A stretch of DNA of 55,469 bases from a virus (taxonomy: Duplodnaviria > Caudoviricetes). How positions within the stretch are numbered: position 1 is the first letter of the stretch; the number at the start of each line of letters is the position of its first letter. A program made the position numbers and the translations under genes. Under the pieces are notes generated by a model, which saw nothing but the letters and a program-made list of their open reading frames with translations, searched no databases and was not told the origin of the DNA. Location of the stretch: IMG/VR virus record IMGVR_UViG_3300032271_000676, positions 1-55,469 of that record. One strand, written 5' to 3'. Below, piece after piece: positions 47,297-55,469 of this stretch.

Positions 47297-48810
47297 TACG
47301 TTCTCCTTTTAGACCAGCGGATCGTTGCTCGTCGCGCTGTGTTTTCTACTCTACGACCTACCTCTACAAGCCGATCATTCTCATTGAAAATAAAATTGCT
47401 TGGCGGTGTGGCCTTCATCACATCTTGATATAAGTACCACGCACGTTGGCGTCGCGTATCTGGCTTACCCCATTGACGTACATAACTACAGCATTCATTC
47501 CATATGCCTCTGTCATGCGTAATCTTGGTGCTGGTAAGCTCAAGCTCTACCATCTTGCCCTCTAACTCTTCTATAAGAGCAGTACGCTTTTTTTCGTGGC
47601 CGCAGGACATGCATCGATTTGTATAAGGGCTAAACCCGCATTCAGGGCAAGCTCGTACAATATCTTCTTCCTCTTCTTTGTCGCGCGCTTCCTTGTCGAG
47701 CTTTTCGCCATGATCAAGCCCATCAAGGCCACTAAAAAATATGGTTTCAAAATCTTGCCTGAATCGCAAAATATTGCCACTATGGTCCAACAATACGCAG
47801 TTCTCTTTGCCCGGATAAGACCTTAAACCACGGCCCCACATTTGAATTGCTGTTGACAAGCTTTTGCGCAAGGGCCTGCAATCCGCAACACAGCCTACGT
47901 CTGGTACATCGAAACCTTTGGCCAACGCCTCTACGCTGACCAGTACTCTAATAGCACTGTTAGGCTTTCTAAACTCTTTTAAAAGCTCCTGCCGCTCTGC
48001 ATCCGGTGTATATGTACTGAATACAGCAGCCATGATGCCTTGCTCATTAAACCGGCGTGCAATTTCATTGCAGTGGTCTACTGTCGCACCGAAAATAATT
48101 GTTTTGCGGTCGCTTGCATACAAGATCCACGATTCGACCACATCACCTACTATTTCCTTACCTCTTGCTGCGGCCTCATTATCCGCCCATTCTCCACCAA
48201 CTTTTTTAGCGCCAGCCATATTTGGCTTAGTGCCAGAAAAGATTCGCATTGGGACCAGCACGCCCTGTTTAGTCAACTCAGACATTGTCGTTGCGTTGAT
48301 TAAGTTGCTAAACAAGTTACCTAGCCCAGCTGAAAACGGCGTAGCGGATAAACCTATTACTGCTGCCTTGCAGGTCGGAATATACTCAGTCCATGCTTTC
48401 ATCTGCGTATGGCATTCGTCAATCACTACTACGTCAACCAACGAAGGCCAACCACGACGGGCAATTGTTTGCGCACTAGCAATTTGGAACATGGCATGCG
48501 GCCTATGGCGCCAATGATTGGCCTGTATCACACCATGATCAATCAAACCATAACTGTCAGCCACTGCAGACGTTTGATTGATTAAGGTTTCGCGGTCGCA
48601 CAAAAAGATGCACCGCCTACCTTTGTCTAGCGCTTCTTTGATAATGCGCAAACCTAAGTAAGTTTTACCGGCGCCCGTAGGCGCCATAACCACTTGGTTT
48701 TTATGTCCACGGCGAGCGCCGTCACGTAATTGCTCATGCGCTCGCTTTTGAAACTCCCTTGGTTCAGGGAATTTAGTCTGAGGTGCTTCCACTTCGCTTA
48801 GGTTTTGCAT
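47296..48810 (-). CDS. Superfamily II DNA helicase (DEAD/DEAH-like) with Zn ribbon
   Basis: APTGAGKT, IDECH, GLSATP, GFDVPDV, QMWGRGLR and CPEC...CMSC; probable start 48810. Confidence 0.92.
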   Translation of the reverse strand: MQNLSEVEAPQTKFPEPREFQKRAHEQLRDGARRGHKNQVVMAPTGAGKTYLGLRIIKEALDKGRRCIFLCDRETLINQTSAVADSYGLIDHGVIQANHWRHRPHAMFQIASAQTIARRGWPSLVDVVVIDECHTQMKAWTEYIPTCKAAVIGLSATPFSAGLGNLFSNLINATTMSELTKQGVLVPMRIFSGTKPNMAGAKKVGGEWADNEAAARGKEIVGDVVESWILYASDRKTIIFGATVDHCNEIARRFNEQGIMAAVFSTYTPDAERQELLKEFRKPNSAIRVLVSVEALAKGFDVPDVGCVADCRPLRKSLSTAIQMWGRGLRSYPGKENCVLLDHSGNILRFRQDFETIFFSGLDGLDHGEKLDKEARDKEEEEDIVRACPECGFSPYTNRCMSCGHEKKRTALIEELEGKMVELELTSTKITHDRGIWNECCSYVRQWGKPDTRRQRAWYLYQDVMKATPPSNFIFNENDRLVEVGRRVENTARRATIRWSKRRT

Positions 48811-49618
48811 TGTTCGCTCGTTGTAAATTTTTAACTTGTTTAATCGCCTCGTTCGCCATAGCCTCAAGACTGGCAATCCGACCTTCTTTTACGCGGTTCA
48901 GTTCTTGCGCCTGCTTGAGTTCTTTTAATAATACAGCATTGTGTTCGTCAGTTTCAATTACTTTACGCATCGAATCGTTTTCTTCTAATAACGATTCTGC
49001 ATGATGTTGTAATTCATTGATTCGATCTGATAATGCCACCACTTCATTTTTTAAATCATCTCGTTCTTTTTCCAATTTTTTAACATAATCACTCACACGC
49101 GGATCGGCAGCCTTGCCCTCAGGGCGAGGCTTAGGCGGATTCTTTGGCTTGCTCCCGCTTTCTAACTTTTTGACGCCTTCAAGTATTGCTTCACCATCTC
49201 CTGCTAACACTGCTGCTTTTGCGCGATTAATTGTGCGTTCGCTTACATCTGCCAGCTCTGCCATTTGCTTATTTGTAGCTACATCAGGATTGTCATGCAC
49301 ACCATTTGCCGCCCATTTATAAACTGATACGACTGCTACGGCACGCTGCGCATCCGTCATATCGCGACGATGATAATTTAACGACATAACAAATGCGCGT
49401 GGGTCTACATCCTCAGGCAAGTCTGTTACAGGTAATTGTTTAGGATCTAAACCAGCCATCATACTGGCCGTATAACGATGCCATCCGTCTATGATTTCGC
49501 CTTCATATAACGTTATCGGGTTAAGCACGCCATTTTGTTTTATATCCTCTGATAATGCATGTAACCGCTCTGCGTTATAGGATGGAAAAGCTTTGCTAAG
49601 TGGGTGTCTTGAATACAT
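48773..49618 (-). CDS. ParB N-terminal-domain protein with HTH and coiled coil
   Basis: LSEDIKQNGVLNPI...IIDGWHRY, SLNYHRRDMT and TNKQMAELADVSERTINRAK. Confidence 0.8.
   Translation of the reverse strand: MYSRHPLSKAFPSYNAERLHALSEDIKQNGVLNPITLYEGEIIDGWHRYTASMMAGLDPKQLPVTDLPEDVDPRAFVMSLNYHRRDMTDAQRAVAVVSVYKWAANGVHDNPDVATNKQMAELADVSERTINRAKAAVLAGDGEAILEGVKKLESGSKPKNPPKPRPEGKAADPRVSDYVKKLEKERDDLKNEVVALSDRINELQHHAESLLEENDSMRKVIETDEHNAVLLKELKQAQELNRVKEGRIASLEAMANEAIKQVKNLQRANNAKPKRSGSTSD
49109..49131. repeat. Dispersed hairpin palindrome, copy 4 (inside the parB-like gene)
   Basis: AGCCTTGCCC-TCA-GGGCGAGGCT. Confidence 0.85.
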
Positions 49619-49619
49619 A

Positions 49620-49823
49620 TTAATCTCCGTAAATCTCAGGTAATAGCTCTTTTCGCGTGACCTTGCCGCCGGTCGCTTCCTCGATTTTTTTCGCTAAAAA
49701 TGGACTGGGTTTATTCAATCCGTGGGACAAACGAGACATCCATGTCGTGGATATCCCAAGTTGTTTGGCCATCTTGATACGCGACCCGATGGGCAGCTCA
49801 AGAAAAAATTCGTACAGTGTCAT
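49620..49823 (-). CDS. Cro/YdaS-like HTH regulator
   Basis: MAKQLGISTTWMSRL...AKKIEEATGGKVTRKELLP; GGAGG RBS before ATG 49823. Confidence 0.85.
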   Translation of the reverse strand: MTLYEFFLELPIGSRIKMAKQLGISTTWMSRLSHGLNKPSPFLAKKIEEATGGKVTRKELLPEIYGD

Positions 49824-49843
49824 AGTGTTCCTCCGAATGGGCG

Positions 49844-49895
49844 AGTGTATAACTAACACGAAGTGCTTGCAACATTGACTTCATGTTGCTATATT
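49844..49895. promoter_or_regulatory. Divergent promoters sharing one TTGCAA -35, overlapped by an operator palindrome
   Basis: Rightward TTGCAA(49867)-17-TATATT; leftward TTGCAA-17-TACACT; GCAACAT-N7-ATGTTGC at 49869-49889. Confidence 0.75.
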
Positions 49896-49926
49896 CGGCA
49901 CTCCTACCAACCCCAAGGCGAAAATT

Positions 49927-50094
49927 ATGGATGATGAATACCATCAGGCCATGCTCGAACGTGAACGTGAGCTGCAATTGGCTCTTGAACGTTTAGAACA
50001 AGGCATATTTACTCACGACGATATTGATTTAATCCGCTTTGAATGCGGTCAACCAAAAAAGGAATATCATGGCTCTTATAGCGAAAGAAAATAG
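49927..50094 (+). CDS. Small hypothetical protein, 55 aa (not in ORF track)
   Basis: MDDEYHQAMLERERELQLALERLEQG...; first ORF after the rightward promoter. Confidence 0.6.
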   Translation: MDDEYHQAMLERERELQLALERLEQGIFTHDDIDLIRFECGQPKKEYHGSYSERK

Positions 50095-50713
50095 CGGCGG
50101 CGGAGACTTTCAACTTATCCCACCGGGATCATATTTATCGCGTTGTTACAGAATATTAGATTTGGGAACGCAAAAAAGTGTCTACAAAGGCACTGAAAGC
50201 TATTTACATAAAATCATGCTGACCTTTGAGGTGCATGGCGATGATGCTGATTCTCGCCCATTAGTTACCAGCAAAGGTGAACCGCTTTCTATCAGCAAAA
50301 CTTACACCTTGAGCTTGGGCGAGAAAGCAAACCTCCGCAAAGATCTTGAGTCGTGGCGCTCGCGCAAGTTTACGCCGGAAGAAGTGAAAGGTTTTAATTT
50401 AAATAATGTATTGGGCGTCTGGGCAATGATTTCTATTGTGCATGACGAACGCGACCAGAAAACTTATGCAAACATTTCTGGCGTAATGAAAGTACCCGAT
50501 GCAATGAAGAAAAGCCTGCCTAATGGATACAATTCAACGTCAATATTTGATCTTGAAGATCCTGACATGACTGTATTTGCGACTTTGAGCGAAAAGTTGC
50601 AAGACAAGATTAAAGGCACACCAGAATGGACTGCAATCGGCAATCCTGAATCAGATGGTGGATTTTCCACACCCGATGAACCAATTGCCGAAGACGACGA
50701 CATTCCATTTTAA
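50069..50713 (+). CDS. Phage ssDNA-binding / replication protein
   Basis: IPPGSYLSRCYRILDLGTQ, SLGEKANLRKDLESW and an SSB-type acidic DDIPF C-terminus. Confidence 0.7.
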   Translation: MALIAKENSGGGDFQLIPPGSYLSRCYRILDLGTQKSVYKGTESYLHKIMLTFEVHGDDADSRPLVTSKGEPLSISKTYTLSLGEKANLRKDLESWRSRKFTPEEVKGFNLNNVLGVWAMISIVHDERDQKTYANISGVMKVPDAMKKSLPNGYNSTSIFDLEDPDMTVFATLSEKLQDKIKGTPEWTAIGNPESDGGFSTPDEPIAEDDDIPF

Positions 50714-50723
50714 GGGGGCCATT

Positions 50724-51518
50724 ATGATAGTTTCAGAACGCAGCAAACAAGATTCAGGCCACTGGTATACGAAAAAAGGTGAGCCTGCCTATACAATCAA
50801 AGGTAGTAATGGCGCTGAACGCAATACAAACCTCAAGGATGCTCGTAAGCTTGGCCTGCTGCCATCAGTAACCGGAATTTTAAATTTGGCGGCAAAACCG
50901 GCATTGGTAAATTGGATGATCGATATGGCCATCCTTGCCGCGTTGACGCTGCCTAAGCGTGAAGACGAGTCGGATGAATCTTATCTCAAGCGCATCAAAG
51001 AAGATTCAAAGCAGCAAGGTTTACAAGCCGCTGAAAGAGGAACGCAAATTCATAACGCCGTTGAAGACTGGTTTATGGGTCGAACTGTTGCCGCTGAATT
51101 TATTCCATTTGTCGATGGCGTTGTAAAAAAATTATTTGATCTTTACGGCGAACAAGTATGGGTTCCAGAAGAAGCGTTTGGTCATCCTCGTGGATTTGGT
51201 GGCAGGGTAGACTTGCACGTTAAACCTTGTAAAGATTTTCCAAATGGATTGGTTGTTGATATTAAAACCAAAGATTTTGATGATGTTACTAAGGTTCAGG
51301 GATATGACGAGCATCTTTGGCAGCTCGCAGCTTACCGGGTTGGTTTAGACATTCCTGATGCCGAAGCATCTAATATTTTTGTATCACGTTCAAAACCGGG
51401 ACTAGTCCATGTTTGTGTTTGGGAACTTCAGGAGCTCGACAAAGGTTGGGATTGCTTTACCTCTTTGCTTGAATTTTGGCAGACCAAAAACAACTACATA
51501 CCGGGATTAATTCCATGA
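50724..51518 (+). CDS. PD-(D/E)XK exonuclease (Cas4/RecB-like)
   Basis: LPSVTGIL, RGTQIH, GRVDL, VDIKT and QLAAY. Confidence 0.85.
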   Translation: MIVSERSKQDSGHWYTKKGEPAYTIKGSNGAERNTNLKDARKLGLLPSVTGILNLAAKPALVNWMIDMAILAALTLPKREDESDESYLKRIKEDSKQQGLQAAERGTQIHNAVEDWFMGRTVAAEFIPFVDGVVKKLFDLYGEQVWVPEEAFGHPRGFGGRVDLHVKPCKDFPNGLVVDIKTKDFDDVTKVQGYDEHLWQLAAYRVGLDIPDAEASNIFVSRSKPGLVHVCVWELQELDKGWDCFTSLLEFWQTKNNYIPGLIP

Positions 51519-51703
51519 CCGAAGATGAAATTGTTAGATTGTTTATGCAATGCAACAACAAGAATCCTGATGGTATTTACCCAACAGAAATTGATATTGT
51601 CGAATTTGCCAACAAGATCGAACAATATTTAGTAAAAGCAAAACGTGCTAATCAATCTGAAAAGCGAATTCTTGTATCTCAAGTGATAGATTTTAAAAGG
51701 TGA
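51515..51703 (+). CDS. Small hypothetical protein
   Basis: MTEDEI...EFANKIE; ATGA coupling. Confidence 0.6.
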   Translation: MTEDEIVRLFMQCNNKNPDGIYPTEIDIVEFANKIEQYLVKAKRANQSEKRILVSQVIDFKR

Positions 51704-51707
51704 AAAC

Positions 51708-51977
51708 ATGCGAAAACTATTGTTACTGGCATGCCTCTTAGAAGGCTGCTCTGCAGCGACTCAACCACAACCCGTAAAGATTAGCCCTGCGCCTGAGCCT
51801 GTTTATAAATTGAAAGGTTATGATGGGCCTGTGGCGATGGACAACAACGAACTTGTACAGGCATCTAAACAATGTTTGTATGCGCGACTAAAACCTAACG
51901 TGCAATATGTATCAGTTAAGATTGATACAGGCGGCAAAACCCTCGTACCTGTTTCTGTGTTATGCGAGGCGTATTGA
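51708..51977 (+). CDS. Lipoprotein
   Basis: MRKLLLLACLLEG-C lipobox. Confidence 0.7.
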   Translation: MRKLLLLACLLEGCSAATQPQPVKISPAPEPVYKLKGYDGPVAMDNNELVQASKQCLYARLKPNVQYVSVKIDTGGKTLVPVSVLCEAY

Positions 51978-51978
51978 T

Positions 51979-52203
51979 ATGAAGATCCTGTACATTCTTT
52001 TTGGCATGGTAATTATGTGGTTTATGTGCGGCCATCAACTGGTCTTGCATGATTATTCATCAACCCCCACATATATTGAATCGCAAATTCCTACGCATCC
52101 AATTCTTCCTGCGCCAGCTGTTGACCCGCGCCGTGAAGAATTTATGCGTGATTGTTTGCAATATGTGCAAAACAGAGATCAATGTACACAGATCTGGCCA
52201 TAA
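51979..52203 (+). CDS. Small exported/membrane protein
   Basis: MKILYILFGMVIMWF hydrophobic N-terminus; Cys pair near the C-terminus. Confidence 0.6.
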   Translation: MKILYILFGMVIMWFMCGHQLVLHDYSSTPTYIESQIPTHPILPAPAVDPRREEFMRDCLQYVQNRDQCTQIWP

Positions 52204-52205
52204 TT

Positions 52206-52232
52206 AAAAAGACCCCCGGATATACCGGGGGT
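52206..52232 (-). terminator. Rho-independent terminator at the convergence point
   Basis: ACCCCCGG-N5-CCGGGGGT with a U5 tract on the minus strand. Confidence 0.75.
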
Positions 52233-52281
52233 AAACACCGTATCAGAGGAGCGACACGGCGCAAGGGACCTAACGGTTAGT
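52206..52281 (-). ncRNA. Candidate sRNA of about 75 nt with an anti-SD loop
   Basis: TACAAT -10 at 52286-52291, hairpin CCGUGUC-GCUCCUCU-GAUACGG, then the terminator. Confidence 0.5.
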
Positions 52282-52335
52282 ACGTATTGTATCTAACCCA
52301 GATTTAATCGTATCTTGAATTGGTTTGGTGACATT

Positions 52336-54321
52336 TTAATGGAACATTCTGCTCAAATGATCACGCGCTCCACGCACTAATTGCGGTCCATATTCGTATG
52401 CAAGACCTCCTAAGCCTGCAAGACCACCAACCGTTGCTGCTGTAGCCTCCACCGGTGCAGCTGCTGCTGATAACCCTGCTGCTCCTATCCCCATAGCAGC
52501 AAGCTCTGCTGCGTTTGCAGCTGCCCCGCCATAACCCAGAGCCATTTGCGTATAGTCTCTATTTTTCCTGCCTTCTTCCCCCAGCGCATAATTTTCACCA
52601 ATCATAAACGGTGAAAGTTTTCCTGCTGCTTTTAAAACACCTTTTGCACCCGGTATCATGCCAACTGTGTCATGCACATATTGGTTTGCTTTGCCTAATG
52701 CATTAGCTGCAGTTCCCACAAAAGATGGAGCCGCTTGTTTTACTTGCGGTGTAACACCTGCTTTTAAACGTTCTGCTGATGCTTTTGCCCGCTCTTTAGC
52801 AGCATCTATAGCTGACTGTCCGCGCAATCGTTCCTGCGCATGCTGCGTTTCTAAATTAGTTTGATCTACCGTGTTGGCCAATTTAGTTCTATTCACTACG
52901 CTGTCATCGCCTGTAACTCGACCTAGTAATTTTTCCTGATCCGCTTTTGCTTTTGCTTTAGCGCCAAGGTAATCATTAACTACTTTTGCTTTTTGTACTT
53001 TATCTTCATTTGCTAAATCGGTAGGTTTGTATAAGGTTGGGCGATCTACTGATGAACTACTTGGTTCTAGTCCTGCGGCAAGCGACGGAAACGCTTCTTT
53101 GCGTGCAGCGGCTGCTTCAGTCCCTGCACCCATACCAACTTCTTTTGCTGCAGCCATACGTGCCGTATTCTCGTTATGTGAGATCTGACGTAATGACCCT
53201 TCATTTGCAAAACCTTGTGTCAACCCTTCGTCTGGGACAGCAACTTGCAACGGTGCAGTTATACGTTTACTAGGCTCAAGATAACCAGCATTAATTGCTT
53301 CTTCTTCATATGGTCTGAGATATTCATCATGTGCTAATTTTGCAGCTTTCTGTGCGTCTGCAGAAACCGTTTGAGCGTTATTTAAACGTTGTGCATTATT
53401 GACTTTAAGATCATTCATTTCTTGCAGTCGCTGCGCTTCTTGTTGATTGTGCATTTCTTGCGCATAGTTTAAATCGTATTGATTTTGTGTATGCGTTTTT
53501 TGCATTGCATCAAGTTCGTTTTGAAACTTAGCTTGTGCGGCTTTTTCCATCTGGGTTTTTATGCCCATTCCTGCGCCCATAGCCGTACCGGCTGCGGCTG
53601 CACCACCTAATAAATTTGCACCTAAATCAGACACACTTTGTTCTTGCCTTTCCGGTCGCGGTGCCGCAGGTGTTGTGCTCGGCAATTCTGGATCGCCGCT
53701 CTCTTCATACTTGGTTGAATACGGGTTAGACATATAATCTTCCCCGCCTTCATAAGCTGGCATGCGATATGTTTGTTTGCGCTCATTCCATACTGGACTT
53801 TCTTTTTGCTGAATGCGATCCAGTGGCATAGGATAAACACGGTTTACATCTTGAAAATAATCCTGAACATCTGCCGGAGCTTTTGTAACATCCAGCATGC
53901 CATTTTGATTTAAAAATGGACGCGACTCTGCGTTATCACCGTGCTTGTATTCAGTAACAATTTTCCACGGATCACCATTATGTTTTTTATCCAGATCGTG
54001 TAAATGCAAAACAAATGCAGTGAGATTATGATCAGTATCGTTAAGACGCGCTTGCATAGGATCTGGGAACGCTTCTGGATGCTGATTTACTACCGATGCA
54101 AATGTGGCAGGCTGCATCTGCGCAGGGCCGCTTGCCCGACTTCCTTCCATAGGTGTAGCACCAGTACCAAATTTATTTTCGGTCCACAACAACCCATGAC
54201 CTAAATGTTTCATTTCATCAGACAAACCATATTCATCAGCTTTGTCTAAATAATCGCTCGCAATCTTATATTGATTGTCATCTAAGTCATACGCTTCATT
54301 ACCATTGGCATCGATGTGCAT
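52336..54321 (-). CDS. Ejection protein with an N-terminal lytic transglycosylase (SLT)-like domain
   Basis: TENKFG...ASGPAQMQPATF...IVTEYKHG match SLT motifs I-III; Ala/Gly hydrophobic C-terminus. Confidence 0.65.
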   Translation of the reverse strand: MHIDANGNEAYDLDDNQYKIASDYLDKADEYGLSDEMKHLGHGLLWTENKFGTGATPMEGSRASGPAQMQPATFASVVNQHPEAFPDPMQARLNDTDHNLTAFVLHLHDLDKKHNGDPWKIVTEYKHGDNAESRPFLNQNGMLDVTKAPADVQDYFQDVNRVYPMPLDRIQQKESPVWNERKQTYRMPAYEGGEDYMSNPYSTKYEESGDPELPSTTPAAPRPERQEQSVSDLGANLLGGAAAAGTAMGAGMGIKTQMEKAAQAKFQNELDAMQKTHTQNQYDLNYAQEMHNQQEAQRLQEMNDLKVNNAQRLNNAQTVSADAQKAAKLAHDEYLRPYEEEAINAGYLEPSKRITAPLQVAVPDEGLTQGFANEGSLRQISHNENTARMAAAKEVGMGAGTEAAAARKEAFPSLAAGLEPSSSSVDRPTLYKPTDLANEDKVQKAKVVNDYLGAKAKAKADQEKLLGRVTGDDSVVNRTKLANTVDQTNLETQHAQERLRGQSAIDAAKERAKASAERLKAGVTPQVKQAAPSFVGTAANALGKANQYVHDTVGMIPGAKGVLKAAGKLSPFMIGENYALGEEGRKNRDYTQMALGYGGAAANAAELAAMGIGAAGLSAAAAPVEATAATVGGLAGLGGLAYEYGPQLVRGARDHLSRMFH

Positions 54322-54330
54322 ATTTGACCT

Positions 54331-55341
54331 TTATTGTGGAGATGCGCCAAATACCTGACTTGCACGCAAACGTGTTTTCGGTGGCTTGGCTCCTAATGGA
54401 GGCACTACAGTAGGTTCTACGGATGCGGCCGGAACATTACCTAACACAGAATCTGCTGTTGCAACCCCTCTGGGTCGCTTATGAGGAACATTTGTTCCGC
54501 CTGCGGTAACTCTAGAGCCAACGTTACCTGTACCCATTTGAGTGTCTACTGCAGCAGATTTATTAGTTAACAATTCATTCAAACGTTTGCTTTCATTTTG
54601 AATGTCTTCTGAATATTTATCTGCACGCGGTTTTACGGAAGCAAAAAAATCGTTCATAGACATAGCAGGATTTTGTCTACGCGCATCAGATATATGTTTG
54701 TTAAGATCAGTCACATAATTTATATGATGCAACATCTGCTGCGATTTTGATGCAGCAACATCACCCATATCCGAAGGCATAGGCATAGCTCCGGCCGATA
54801 TCATTTGACGCTCTACCGATGTGTTTGGCCCTTCTTTTCCATAAGCCCCTTCAGCATTCTGCCGGGCTCTGTAAATTTCACCCAACTCAGAATAATAATT
54901 CATCAACTTTTTCTTATCTTCAGTATTGATGCCATACTTTGTCTTATCATCACCACTAGCCATACCAGCTAATTTTGCCATAGCATTGGCCCAGTCTGAC
55001 GAACTCAAATTGCCACGCCCGTCAATTGCTTTAGCAAATAAATCAGTAATTCCCGCCCCTTTGCCAAAGTCCAAAATGTGTTGGTTGTTTGGATCTTCCG
55101 CAAAAGCTTTTACGTTTCTAATGTGCGGTTCCATTTGATATGCTGCTTGTACGCCTTTACCATATGAATTTGCTAATCCGCTCATAGAGGATACATTAGC
55201 GTCGTATTGTGCTTTTAATGCATTTTGTTGCGCCATACCCATACGACCCAAAGGCGTATCACCCATCGCTGCATAGCGTGCAGCCAAATTGGGATCATAC
55301 TCAGTCGCACCCATGCCTCCGCCCGGCGTAATATCCATCAT
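54331..55341 (-). CDS. C-terminal part of the junction-spanning putative ejection protein
   Basis: Continues in frame from 565..1 through the left repeat copy. Confidence 0.8.
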   Translation of the reverse strand: MMDITPGGGMGATEYDPNLAARYAAMGDTPLGRMGMAQQNALKAQYDANVSSMSGLANSYGKGVQAAYQMEPHIRNVKAFAEDPNNQHILDFGKGAGITDLFAKAIDGRGNLSSSDWANAMAKLAGMASGDDKTKYGINTEDKKKLMNYYSELGEIYRARQNAEGAYGKEGPNTSVERQMISAGAMPMPSDMGDVAASKSQQMLHHINYVTDLNKHISDARRQNPAMSMNDFFASVKPRADKYSEDIQNESKRLNELLTNKSAAVDTQMGTGNVGSRVTAGGTNVPHKRPRGVATADSVLGNVPAASVEPTVVPPLGAKPPKTRLRASQVFGASPQ

Positions 55342-55469
55342 GCCCTGCTTATTGCCAGTTAATAACTGATTCTGCGCAATCTGTGCTTTTTTGCTGCAAG
55401 CATATCCACGGTTTTCAACTGGGCCATAGTCATAGGTATGAGCTGTTGGCGCTGGGTATCTTGGTACGA
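55299..55469. repeat. Terminal direct repeat / circular overlap, right copy
   Basis: Matches 1-172; T6 instead of T7 shifts the reading frame. Confidence 0.95.

Noticed and set aside
50724-51518. Cas4-like nuclease as a sign of CRISPR
   Set aside because: No repeat-spacer array or other cas genes; context is an ordinary SSB/exonuclease module
40208-52335. Integrase/att site, CI repressor or DNA polymerase
   Set aside because: No recombinase, S24-peptidase repressor or polymerase motifs seen; lifestyle cannot be determined

Overview
The window is an essentially complete, circularly closing genome (about 55.3 kb) of a tailed, podovirus-like dsDNA phage. Bases 1-172 repeat imperfectly at 55299-55469, and one virion gene spans that junction. 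The host is probably Gram-negative (Rz/Rz1 spanins). A long minus-strand late block runs terS, terL, a 1704-aa multidomain protein, portal, GroES, scaffold, major capsid, decoration/tail proteins and fibres, a lysis cassette with a GH19 endolysin, adaptor/nozzle and ejection proteins. The rest is a plus-strand early block of small ORFs (40.7-45.3 kb), a minus-strand replication block (Cro-like, ParB-like, SF2 helicase, Toprim primase, RusA) and a plus-strand SSB-like/exonuclease block. I saw no integrase, DNA polymerase, RNA polymerase, tRNA or CRISPR. The most unusual signals are four. (1) A [FYML/K]-[AK]-x-G-G peptide motif occurs about 25 times and sits at module boundaries of several late proteins, suggesting a polyprotein-processing or packaging tag. 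(2) A non-coding, highly structured RNA leader of about 440 nt precedes the late operon. (3) A 22-23 bp hairpin palindrome occurs at four dispersed, co-oriented sites. (4) A probable sRNA has an anti-Shine-Dalgarno loop matching the repeated early-gene leaders. All product calls come from recognising motifs and gene order by eye; no searches were run.
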